DNA from: Mobula hypostoma
Taxonomy: Eukaryota
Assembly (NCBI RefSeq): GCF_963921235.1
Contig: NC_086100.1
Coordinates: forward strand, 204,230,001 to 204,294,000
DNA length: 64,000 nucleotides
Direction of reading: 5' to 3'
Under the pieces are notes generated by a model. The model did not search any database and was not told the origin of the DNA. It saw nothing but the letters and a program-made list of their open reading frames with translations. This document shows, one piece after another, positions 48,080 through 58,619 of this stretch. Position numbers and translations under genes: made by a program. Positions within the stretch are counted from its first letter, which is position 1; every line of letters starts with the position of its first letter.

Positions 48080-48149
48080 TGGGAATCCCAATGGCTGAAA
48101 TAAAAGGATAGTTAACATCTTGTTTCAGCCAGATAGCTGGATACACCAT
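48080..48149 (-). CDS. Putative exon 1 of a GPR139-like GPCR (MVYPAIWLKQDVNYPFISAIGIP, phase-1 donor); may be a pseudo-exon
   Basis: ATG at 48149, YP..AIG(I/V)P TM1-entry motif, GTAAAC donor at 48079, TATAAA 66 nt upstream. Confidence 0.65.
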
Positions 48150-48214
48150 TTCAGTGCGAATATGTGACTTCTGTTGCTCCTGAATTCACAGCTCCGACGG
48201 ACACTCTGAGCTGA

Positions 48215-48220
48215 TTTATA
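48215..48220 (-). promoter_or_regulatory. TATA box of the GPR139-like exon 1
   Basis: TATAAA on the minus strand at a plausible distance from the ATG. Confidence 0.5.
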
Positions 48221-48579
48221 CAGAGCATCAGTCAGCAGCGCTACGGTTATATCCCAGCCTAAGTTTCTTAGTTACAGTTACTTGAACAAACAATTTAATT
48301 CAGCACCATTGACTCTCTCGTAAATATTGGGCCGATTAAAGACAAATACATCAACATTCTTGGACATCACCTGAGCAGTGACTCATCTGGTGGAAATAAA
48401 GCCGGAGTTCTCATGAAGAAAGGCTGAGTGTTCTCACCGAGCAGCCACATTTACAGAGTTTATGATTTTGTTGACTAATTAAACAAACTTCAACGACACC
48501 ATACGACCCTTATCTTCTATTGCTGCGGTATCCCGATTTGAACTGTCCTCCAGTGTTTTATCTCCCTGCTGGCCACAGA

Positions 48580-48673
48580 CAAACACACACACACACACAC
48601 ACACACCGGCGCACATACACACGCACACAAACACACACACATACCCAGAAACACACACACACACACACACACA

Positions 48674-48745
<72 letters not shown>

Positions 48746-48960
48746 GGCGCACATACACACATACCCAGAAACACACACACACACACACACACACAGAGAA
48801 ACACACACACACACACACACACCGGCGCACATACACACATACCCAGAAACACACACACACACACACACACACAGAAACACACACACGCACACACACGCGC
48901 GCACAGACACATACACGCGCACACAGCGCACAAACACACGCGCGCACGCGCGCAGGAACA
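48580..48960. repeat. Compound (CA)n microsatellite with higher-order repeats
   Basis: CA runs punctuated by three copies each of CCGGCGCACATACAC and ATACCCAGAAAC. Confidence 0.9.
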
Positions 48961-49282
48961 CATGCGAACAGAGATAAAGTAGACAGGATGTACAAAATGG
49001 GAAAATCCGTAGATGCTGGAAATGAAAGTCAACAGACACAAAGTGCTGGAAAATCTTCGCTGAGTTCCCAGCATTTTGTGAAATTACTGATGCTATAGAC
49101 TTTTCATGAGCATCTCGCACCTGCCAGAGATCAAACGATAATTGAAAAGAAATATTTCATTCTGCAATGGAATAGGCAGACATATTAAATAATAAAAACA
49201 CCGTACTCTAATTTGGGAGATGAATAAATACAGGATGGCCGGAAGTGAATGAAAGAAAGACAAGCGCCAGCTACAATGTTAG

Positions 49283-49287
<5 letters not shown>

Positions 49288-49342
<55 letters not shown>
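49288..49342. repeat. (GA)n microsatellite
   Basis: Direct reading. Confidence 0.95.
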
Positions 49343-49343
<1 letters not shown>

Positions 49344-50339
49344 TCAGTCAGACGGACAGACAGATTGGCACTGGCTGTGGCTGCACCGACCAGTTCACAC
49401 AACCGTGTGACTTTTATCGCTCACTCACTGACCCAGTTCCCTTCTCCCGCCCACAGGGAAAGTCTTCAATCATTCCTGATATTCCCTGCTGTCGAGAGAC
49501 AAGCTACAGATCAGCCGCTTCTCTATCATACACAAGGTGTGTTTCAGAGCGCAGAGAAAACGACAGCTCATCAGTTCCACATTTACAGCCTGCAGATATG
49601 CAGTCCGACACTGAGCCCAAGCCCAGATAAACATTTTCAGTGCCACTGTTGCACTGAAACACAGACGGTCAATATTCCACTGCAATCTGTATCACAGTGT
49701 CCTACACGTAAGACTTTCACCCAGATGCCAAATCCCCACCCACGGGGCTGGGAGGATAGCAACAATAGGTTTGCAAAGTCAGGATAATACAGAACAAATG
49801 AGACATTACGAACTGATGAATGTGGTGTTGGTGGATGTTAAGAAATTTTCTGATGAGTACATGTTGTTCTGGTGTGCTTTACAGAATTAATCAGCCGGCC
49901 AAATGCAGAGAGAGGGAATAAATGGCCCTCTTTAGATTTGGGAAGCTGTGACCAGAAGCGTGTTTCAGGGTTTGGGGCTGAGAATGAACTTTGAATACTA
50001 TTCCCAGGCCCACTCACAGTTCCTCAGGAAGGATATCCCTGCAACAGAGAGAATGCAGGGAGTGTTCTCCACACTGACTGGACTGGTTCCAGGAATAGAA
50101 GGCCGGCTCTGTGAGGAGAGAATGGGTGGACTGGGCCTGTGTTCTCTTGAATTGTGAGTAGAATTGATAGCCAGATCATTCAGACCAATTGCAGGGATGT
50201 TTCCACTGAATGAACATTACATTACCCAGGAAAATATTCCCAGAATGCAGAAACGGATATTCAGGTGGGACTGAAAACGAAATTTCCTTAATCAGTGATG
50301 TTTTCACCAGTTAGAACATACATCAGTTAGCACAGAAGG

Positions 50340-50900
50340 AGGAGCTGTGGTCTATGATTTTGGGCTGATATAACTAAGCTAATGGAGCCTAATTGAACTA
50401 ATCCATCTGTCTGCCTATTGCACATATCCCACCATTCTATGTGTGCTTGTTTGCCTGTCTAAGAACCTCATAAATTCCACTGTTTTATCGACCGCCAGCA
50501 TCAGTCCAGAAATGCATTCCATACAGCCGCAGCTCCTCGGATTGTTTTATTTTAAACATTTCTCCGCACATCTCCTTTGAACGATTCTCCCTCTCACCTT
50601 AACTGCATGCCCTCTGGTACTCGGTAGTTCGCTGCTGTGAGAAATAAAATAAGAGCTGTCCACTCCACTTAAGACAATAATAATTTTCTCATTTCACCCT
50701 TTGGCTTCCTACAGTCCTGAAATAACAATCCAAGTTTGTGCAACTCCTCTTTCTAGATCTCCTCCTTATAACCTCTTCTCTATCCTTTCCAAATCCTCGG
50801 CATCCTTCCAATAATGCGGCGACCGAAACTGAATGCAATACTCCAGATGCAGCTGGTGAAGAAGGAACCCATGAGAGTAGGCTGATTTTGCCATGTCCCG
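50340..50900 (-). mobile_element. Old CR1-like 3' fragment
   Basis: Minus strand reads HLEYCIQFRSPHYWKDAEDLERIEKRL. Confidence 0.6.
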
Positions 50901-51184
50901 GCAAGCAGTAAGTGGAGAGCTGCGGGTGGAGGACTAGCTATTTGTTTAGCACCGGGCCGGGTAGACACAGTCATCGGCCGGAATTGACGGCACTGCATTT
51001 CCTCCCTCAAGCATAAGAGATGTACTCCCAAATGAATACACAGAGCCAGATGCAAGACCATTACCACCCAGCTCCCCACACCATGACCATGGATACATCT
51101 TTGGGACCTCTATCGCGATTCTCACCCCATCCACAGACTGGGAAATCTGGTCGCCCAGACTCTTGCAGCTACATCCACCTTGAC

Positions 51185-51520
51185 CTTCGCAGACAGCATT
51201 CTGACACGATGCATCAACGGTTGCTACTGCAAACTGCCCCTTCTGTTTTTGGGGGGGGGGAAAAAACACCTGCAGAGGGTTATAGACACAGCTCAGCACG
51301 TCACGGAATCCGGCCTCCCCTACGTGGACTCTGACTTGACTTTCCACTGCCTTGGTAAAGCAGCCAGTATAATCAAGGGCTCCGCCCATTCCAGACATTG
51401 TCTCCTCCCTCCTTTCTAATCGGGCAGTAGATACCAAAGCCTGAAAGCACATACTACCAGGGTTAAGGACAGCTTCTACCCCACTGATATAAGAATATTG
51501 AATATGTTCTATAATATTCT
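51185..51520 (+). mobile_element. Rex1/Babar LINE 3' fragment
   Basis: DSILTRCINGCY, LQRVIDTAQHVT, SGSRYQSLKAHTTRVKDSFYP. Confidence 0.8.
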
Positions 51521-51599
51521 GATGTGATAAGAATATCCATAATATCAGTCGATGGACTCGGCCACAAGCTACTGGATTAGGATCTAACACCTTATTGTC

Positions 51600-51792
51600 T
51601 AGCAACACACATCAAAGTTGCTGGTGAACGCAGCAGGCCAGGCATCATCTCTAGGAAGAGATACAGTGGACGTTTCAGGCCGAGACCCTTCGTCAGGACT
51701 AACTGAAGGAAGAGTTAGTAAGAGATTTGAAAGTGGGAGGGGAAGGGGGAGATCCAAAATGATAGGAGAAGACAGGAGGGGGAGGGATTATT
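51600..51792 (-). mobile_element. PLE tail fragment with hammerhead
   Basis: Reverse complement of ~47850-48022; 11-bp TSD ACCTTATTGTC at 51589-51599 and 51793-51803. Confidence 0.85.
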
Positions 51793-53019
51793 ACCTTATT
51801 GTCGATCTGGCCGGCGATGGAGTGGCACCCGCGCTGGTATTGGAGGCGAGTGTTCCTGGATTAGGGTCCGACCAGCCAATTGCGAAACAGACAGAAATGC
51901 TAAAGAAACGCACGCTTGGTCAACATCTCTTCGACAGCACACATCAAGTATTTTGTTTTACGTCTGTTTTTTTTTCACCTGAAATGTGTTTCTGGGACTG
52001 TTAGAGACTGCGATTTAAAACTTGCAAATTGTTTGAGTGACCAAGCGCTTCGTTCGCTCCGAGAAGATTCTGGGAAGCGAACGCGTACTCGGACGGCCTC
52101 AATGAAAAGAAACTTTGAGACGTGGCGGGAGTCGATTTTCCAATCCGTTTCGCCCGTTAACAAGTCCGTTAATCGGGGATTAAAACGTAGAGGAAGATTC
52201 AGACATCCAGGCGAATGCGGAAAACGATCGAGAGTGCAGCACCGATTCGCGGCCTTTTGCTCTCTGCCAGAGAAGGGTTCTGTAAGCGACCGTTGACAGC
52301 GTGGTTCTCTGAGGAAGGCGGGTAGGCCTCTCTAATCGGGTGTTCTTCTCTTTCCATGAACGTCAGTGACATCAGGGAATGGTCTCGTGGTTTTGTATTT
52401 ATGGATTCCTGGCTTTTTCAGACTTGTGAGTTTTATATTCTGTGTTTTTCATTGCCCGTTCCTTTTCTGTTTTGTTTTGCGAGGGGAGGATATTTGGGGT
52501 TTCGTGTTCCCTTACTATTCTGATAGTTTCTTTTTTGTGCGGGGAGAGGCTGTTCCTTTCGGAGCACGAGGCAAACGTTCCTGTTCCGTTTCGTGCCGTT
52601 GATGATCAGGGTGCCGTTCTTTTGGTCGGGAGTGGAGATATGGGTTCGATGTTTTCCTCTGAATTATTTTCATGTTCTTTCTTCGTTTCTTGCCTCACTG
52701 GAGAAATAAAGAAGGACATCAAAGTTGCATATGGATACATGCTTTGATAATAAATGAACATCTGAAACTTTGAAAGTTGCCGTCCGGTGCGCTAAAACAA
52801 CGTTATTGTTTAACTGCTCTACATTTTATCTGTAGCTGCATTCTGTTATTGTTTTACCTTGTTCTGACTCAATGCACTGTATGATGGTATAACAGGATTG
52901 TCACTGTCTCTGTACAAGCGTCTACTATAAATCAATCTCGCCAAGTACGGCAAGGCGCCAGGTCACTGCACATTGCTCTTTCTGTCTGGCAATGCCCGTT
53001 TTATTTCCGTATTATTTGG

Positions 53020-53540
53020 GACCTCGAAGCTCACAGACTGTTACCCAGTATCGTCCCAGGTGGTTAACCACAGGCGTCCACCTGCCTCACGGCCAGGTCT
53101 GTGAGCGGTGACAAGAGAGGGTGACTGAAGGAAAATCATCCTTCTCAGCTCCTGAGCGCGAACCCCACGCAGGTAGAAGATAAAGATGCTCTTTCCCCCT
53201 GCAAGCCTGCAGGTCACCCTTCGGAAAGGGGTAGCGGAAGCTTAGCCTTCTCCACCCCCACTTCCGATCGGGGACACGCGAATCCACAGCAACAGGTCGT
53301 GGATGGCCGTATGAGCAGCTGGTGCATATTACATTTCCTATTTATGTGACCGCTGACGCCAGGCAGACCAACTTTGAAGAGTATTGATAATGGCTGAGGT
53401 CACCAGTATTGTAAAGACTCTTTTCAGAAGAAGGCAATGACAAAGTACTGCGAAAGAAAAAAAAATGACATGATCATTTATGTTAATATATGGACCATAA
53501 TCGCCCACGTCATATGACAGGACACATAACAGTAACAATG
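53020..53540 (+). mobile_element. SINE or RTE-like fragment
   Basis: GAAGAAGGCAATGACAAA..ACT RTE-type 3' motif and short TAACA tail. Confidence 0.4.
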
Positions 53541-55321
53541 ATTAACTTACTTCTGATGCCTTCCTGGCAGAGTTTCATTTCAGGAGTTCAGTACTCTCTC
53601 CGTGTAAGAGGCTACGTTATCCAATCGACAGTAACCCTGACAGCCATAGTCCCATTTTCCCTTGTCTGGATATTTCAAACAGAAGGCTCTCAACTTATGG
53701 ATGTTTTCACTTCCTCGCAAATTTTCTCGTGTCGCATAATGAATTTAATTCCAGTGTAACTCTTTCACATGGCTCGTCACAAACCTGGGTCGTTAGCCAA
53801 CTCTGCTATCAGCCACTTGACTCAGCGGTGCGAAAGCCGCTTTCCATACGTAACACACGTATGGGTAGGTATGATTTGGGTTCAAGAAACAGGAAAGTTT
53901 GAATATTCTAATGAGGGAACGTTAACTCTGCTGAATGCTGTGTAAATGCTGCCCAAAGCAGAGTTGTTGTTCACCAGGAAATAACTGATGGTACACTGGT
54001 AAAAATTACAAAGTAAAGATATTTTACAATATTTCCTCTTTAACAAACAGTTAGCAGAAAAAGGAAATAAGAATGAAAGGGCCCGATAGAATCAAACCCA
54101 TATAAACGTGCATATAAAGGTTTCTGTTGTGGTTGGTTGTATCGCTTTACTCACGATAATGAATTCCAGTCACCGGCCACAGGTCGAAATTCCCTCGCGA
54201 ACTTCACGAAAAAACTGGCTAGCTCAGAATTATTGGAAATTCCTCCTTGAAACTAGTCGTCCGCACAAAACACTGTTGGCAACAAGGTCTCCCCTTCAGA
54301 CGGGTTCTCCAAGCGCCTTCCATTGTGCTCCTCTGCTCACCCCAAACGAGAGTACTGTCCTTCAGAAATCTGATCCCGCCCAGCTCTCTCGGAGCAACTA
54401 TAGCATCTCACTCGGCGCCGTGTTCCAACGCGTTCTCAAAAGAACTGGATTGTCGAACGGAACGTTCCTATGTTGGGCAAATGTCTTCGTACCTATAGCC
54501 AAAGCTGAAACACTAGACTATAAAGCTATAGGACACACTGCTAAAAAATACCTCACCGCCTAGAAGTAGAAATACAATAAAACATGCTCTGAACAAGTAA
54601 CTAGTAACTACATTAGGGCGATTTGAACTAGGCTCAGCCCCATGGCATTTGTTTCACGACTGCCACAACAGCCACGGTGGCATACGAGATGAAACAAATT
54701 TACGGCTCAGCATGTTAACGTTATCCAAGTTTGTCATTTGCCTGCTTTTGACCATGACTGTCGAAACATCTCCTATTATGGATAAATCTTTCAATCGGAG
54801 TAACTGCAACCGGATCCATTATTTCTTCTGAGAGCTTCAGGATTAAACATTCAAGAACATTCAATGACACAACCAACAGCTCAAAGAAGAATGAAATAAT
54901 TGTTACCCAGGATGCAGCGCCAAAAATAACATGACAAGGAACAGATTTTTTTTTAAAACACAGAAGTTGCAACATGCAGAATTCCCTAAGCGTTAACTTT
55001 CAGGATGAGTCGGTGGTAAGGAAGGCAGAGGTGCAACTAGCATTGATTTTGAGAGGATTAGAATATAAAAGTAAAGATATAACGTTGATGCTTTATACAC
55101 TACTGGTGGTGAGGCCTTATTTGGAGTATTGTGCGCCGGTCTGGGTTCCCTGCCTAAGAACAGATATGCGGATATTAGAGAGTTTTCAAAGGAGGCTCGC
55201 GAAAATGATTGCAGGGTTGAAAGGCTTCTCATATGAAAACGTTTGATGACCCTATGTGTCCACTTAGCGCAAATCAGAAGAATGAGGGGTGATCTCAATG
55301 AAACCTAGCGAATGTTGAAAG

Positions 55322-57898
55322 ACAAACAAGAGGAATTCTGCAGATGCTGAAAATTCAAGCAACACACATCAAAGTTGCTGGTGAACACAGCAGGCCAGGC
55401 AGCATCCCTAGGAAGAGGTACAGTCGACGTTTCAGGCCAAGACCCTCCGTCAGGACTAACTGAAGGAAGAGTTAGTAAGAGATTTGAAAGTGGGAGGGGG
55501 AGGGGAGACATCTGAGGCAGAACGCTCTGTCCTCAGTAAGGGCCTCACCTTTGTCCCCCTTCGCCCAAATCTCAGCAAGTTCCGTGTTTGCCATGATGCG
55601 GAAGTCTTCTTCTGCCGTCTCCGTCTCCGAGCCTACTTCTTCGGCAAGGACTCTTCCACCCCACCGATGACCCCTTCTCCCATCTTCAACCCTCCTCCTC
55701 TTCATGGACACCCCGCTCTGGTCTTCTGCCTGCCCTGGATCTCTTTATTGCTAACTGCCGACGGGACATCAACCGTCTCGACTTCACCGCACCTTGTTCC
55801 AATTCCAACCTCACTCCTTCCGAACGCTCTGCTCTCCACTCCCTCCGCACTAATCCTAACCTTACTATTAAACCCGCCGATAAGGGGGGTGCTGTTGTAG
55901 TCTGGCGTACTGACCTCAACCTTGCCGAGGCACAGCGACAACTCGCGGATACCTCCTCTTATTTACCCCTCGGTCGTGACCCCACTAAGGAGCACCAGGC
56001 CATGGTGTCCCACACCATCACCGACTTTATCCTCTCAGGAGATCTCCCATCCACTGCTGCCAACCTTATAGTTCCCAGACCTCGCACTTCCCGTTTCTAC
56101 CTCCTACCCAAGATCCACAAACCTGCCTGTCCTGGAAGGCCTATTATCTCCGCTTGCTCCTGCCCCACCGAACTCGTTTCTGCATACCTCGACACGGTTT
56201 TATCCCCCCTTGTTCAATCCCTTCCTACCTACGTTCGTGACACTTCTCACGCTCTTAAACTTTTCGGTGATTTTAAGTTCCCTAACCCCCACCGCTTTAT
56301 TTTCACCATGGAAGTCCAGTCCCTATATACTTCCATCCCCCATCAGGAAGGTCTCAAAGCTCTACGCTTCTCTTTGGATTCCAGACCTAACCAGTTCCCC
56401 TCTACCACCACTCTGCTCCGTCTAGCGGAATTAGTCCTTACTCTTAATAATTTCTCCTTTGGCTCCTCCCACTTCCTCCAAGCTAAAGGTGTAGCTATGG
56501 GCACCCGCATGGGTCCCAGTTATGCCTGCCTTTTTGTTGGTTTTGTGGAACAATCTATGTTCCGAACCTATTCTGGTATCTTTCTCCCACTTTTCCTTTG
56601 CTACATCGACGACTGCATTGGCGCTGCTTCCTGCATGCATGCTGAGCTCGTTGACTTTATTAACTTTGCCTCCAACTACCACCCTGCCCTCAAGTTTACC
56701 TGGTCCATTTCCGACACCTCCCTCCGCTTTCTAGATCTTTCTGTCTCTATCTCTGGAGACAGCTTATCCACTGATGTCTACTATAAGCCTACTGACTCTC
56801 ACAGCTATCTGGACTATTTCTCTTCTCACCCTGTCTCTTGCAAAAATGCCATCCCCTTCTCGCATTTCCTCTGCCTCTGCCTCATCTGCTCTCAGGATGA
56901 TGCTTTTCATTCCAGGACGAGGGAGATGTCCTCCTTTTTTAAAGAAAGGGGCTTCCCTTCCTCCACCATCAACTCTGCTCTCAAACGCATCCCCCCCATT
57001 TCACGCACATCTGCTCTCGCTCCATCCTCCCGCCATCCCACTAGGAATAGGGTTCCCCTGGTCCTCACCTACCACCCCACCAGCCTCCGGGTCCAACATA
57101 TTATTCTCCGTAACTTCCGCCATGTCCAACTGGATTCCACCACTAAGCACATCTTTCCTTCCCCCCCCCCCCACCGCTTTCCGCAAGGATCGCTCCCTAC
57201 GCGACTCTCTTGTCCATTCGTCCCCACCATCCCTCCCCACTGATCTCCCTCCTGGCACTAATCCTTGTAAGCGGAACAATTGCTACACATGCCCTTACGC
57301 CTCCTCCCTTACCACCATTCAGGGCCCCAGACAGTCCTTCCAGGTGAGGCGACACTTCACCTGTGGTGATATACTGCGTCGGCCTCCTCTACTGTAAAGA
57401 TGAAGCCACACTCAGGTTGGAGGAACAACACCTTATATTCCGTCTGGGTAGCCTCCAACCTGATAGCATGAACATTGATTTCTCTAACTTCCGCTAATGC
57501 CCCACCTCCCCCTCGTTCCCCAGCCGTTATTTATTTTTATACACACTTTCTTTCTCTCGCTCTCCTTTTTCTCCCTCTGTCCCTCTGACTATACCCCTTG
57601 ACCATCCTCTGGGTCCCCCCCCCCCCCACTTTTCCTTCTCCCTGCCCTCCTATCCCATGATTTTCTCAGATCCCTTTTGTCAATCACCTGTCCAGCTCTT
57701 GGCTCCATCCCTCCCCTCCTGTCTTCTCCTATCATTTTGGATCTCCCCCTCCCCATCCCGCTTTCAAATCTCTTACTAGCTCTTCCTTCAGTTAGTCCTG
57801 ACGAAGGGTCTCGGCCTGTAACGTCGACTGTACCTCTTCCTAGAGATGCTGCCTGACCTGCTGCGATCACCAGCAACTTTGATGTGTGTTGCTTGCAC
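55322..57898 (+). mobile_element. Penelope (Poseidon-type) element with inverted 5' pseudo-LTR, inserted in a CR1
   Basis: Minus-oriented tail 55322-55506, then plus-strand RT and tail; TSD GTTGAAAG at 55314-55321 and 57899-57906; GIY-YIG partly deleted near 57380. Confidence 0.92.
56002..57243 (+). pseudogene. PLE reverse transcriptase ORF remnant, 413 aa
   Basis: FYLLPKIHK, GRPIIS, MEVQSLYTSIPH (D>E), GVAMG, YIDD, FLDL, YYKPT. Confidence 0.9.
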
Positions 57899-58340
57899 GT
57901 TGAAAGGCCTCGATTTGGTGTATGTGGAAAATATGTATCAAATACCACAGGGCACAATCTCAAAATAGAGAGAGGTCCTTTCAGAGGAAAGATAAGTCGG
58001 CAGTTCTGCAAGAGGGTGGCGAAAGTGCGGAATTCGTTGCCACAGCCCCTTGTGGAGGCCACATATTTGTTTATAAATTAGAGGGATTAATAGTTTATTG
58101 ATGGATCAGGACATGAAAAGGGTCACGGGGTTAGGCAGAAAGCCAGGGCCAAGAGGGAAATAGTGTGGAGAATGTGCTATCTACCAGTCTTGATGTTGTC
58201 CAGAATACGGCCACACATATATGCAGACGCACATACGTATAGAGTACTCTGCAAAAGTCTTAAGCCTATTTTATATAGCTAGGATGCCTAAGACTTTTGC
58301 TGAGTAGTGTATTTGACAACTGGGAGTGACGCCTGTGTAC

Positions 58341-58341
<1 letters not shown>

Positions 58342-58379
<38 letters not shown>

Positions 58380-58402
58380 TGTGTGTGTGTGTGTGTTTGT
58401 GT
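58342..58402. repeat. (GT)n microsatellite
   Basis: Direct reading. Confidence 0.9.
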
Positions 58403-58619
58403 GCTTCTGTGTCTGTCTTTTTCTGGGTGCCTGCGTCGGTATATTGTGAATATTAAAATGCGTGTCTGTGTATGTCGGTGTATGTGTGTGTCTCTGGGTG
58501 TCTCCATGTAACTGTGGTGACTAAGTGTCTGTCTATGTCTGTGTAGCTGTGCATCAATGTCTGATTGCACATATATCTGTTCGCCTGTCTGCAAATGTCT
58601 GTGCCTATTTCTGTTGTTG

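Noticed and set aside
48479..49120. CV- and HT-rich ORFs (also 58271-58594 and 61159-61576)
   Set aside because: Translations of CA/GT microsatellites
49245..49787. 180-aa ORF with a possible acceptor (~49456) and donor (~49708)
   Set aside because: Begins in a GA repeat and shows no recognisable homology
54108..54831. 151-aa ORF and a short signal-peptide-like ORF (MLTLSKFVICLLL)
   Set aside because: No motif or exon structure I can support
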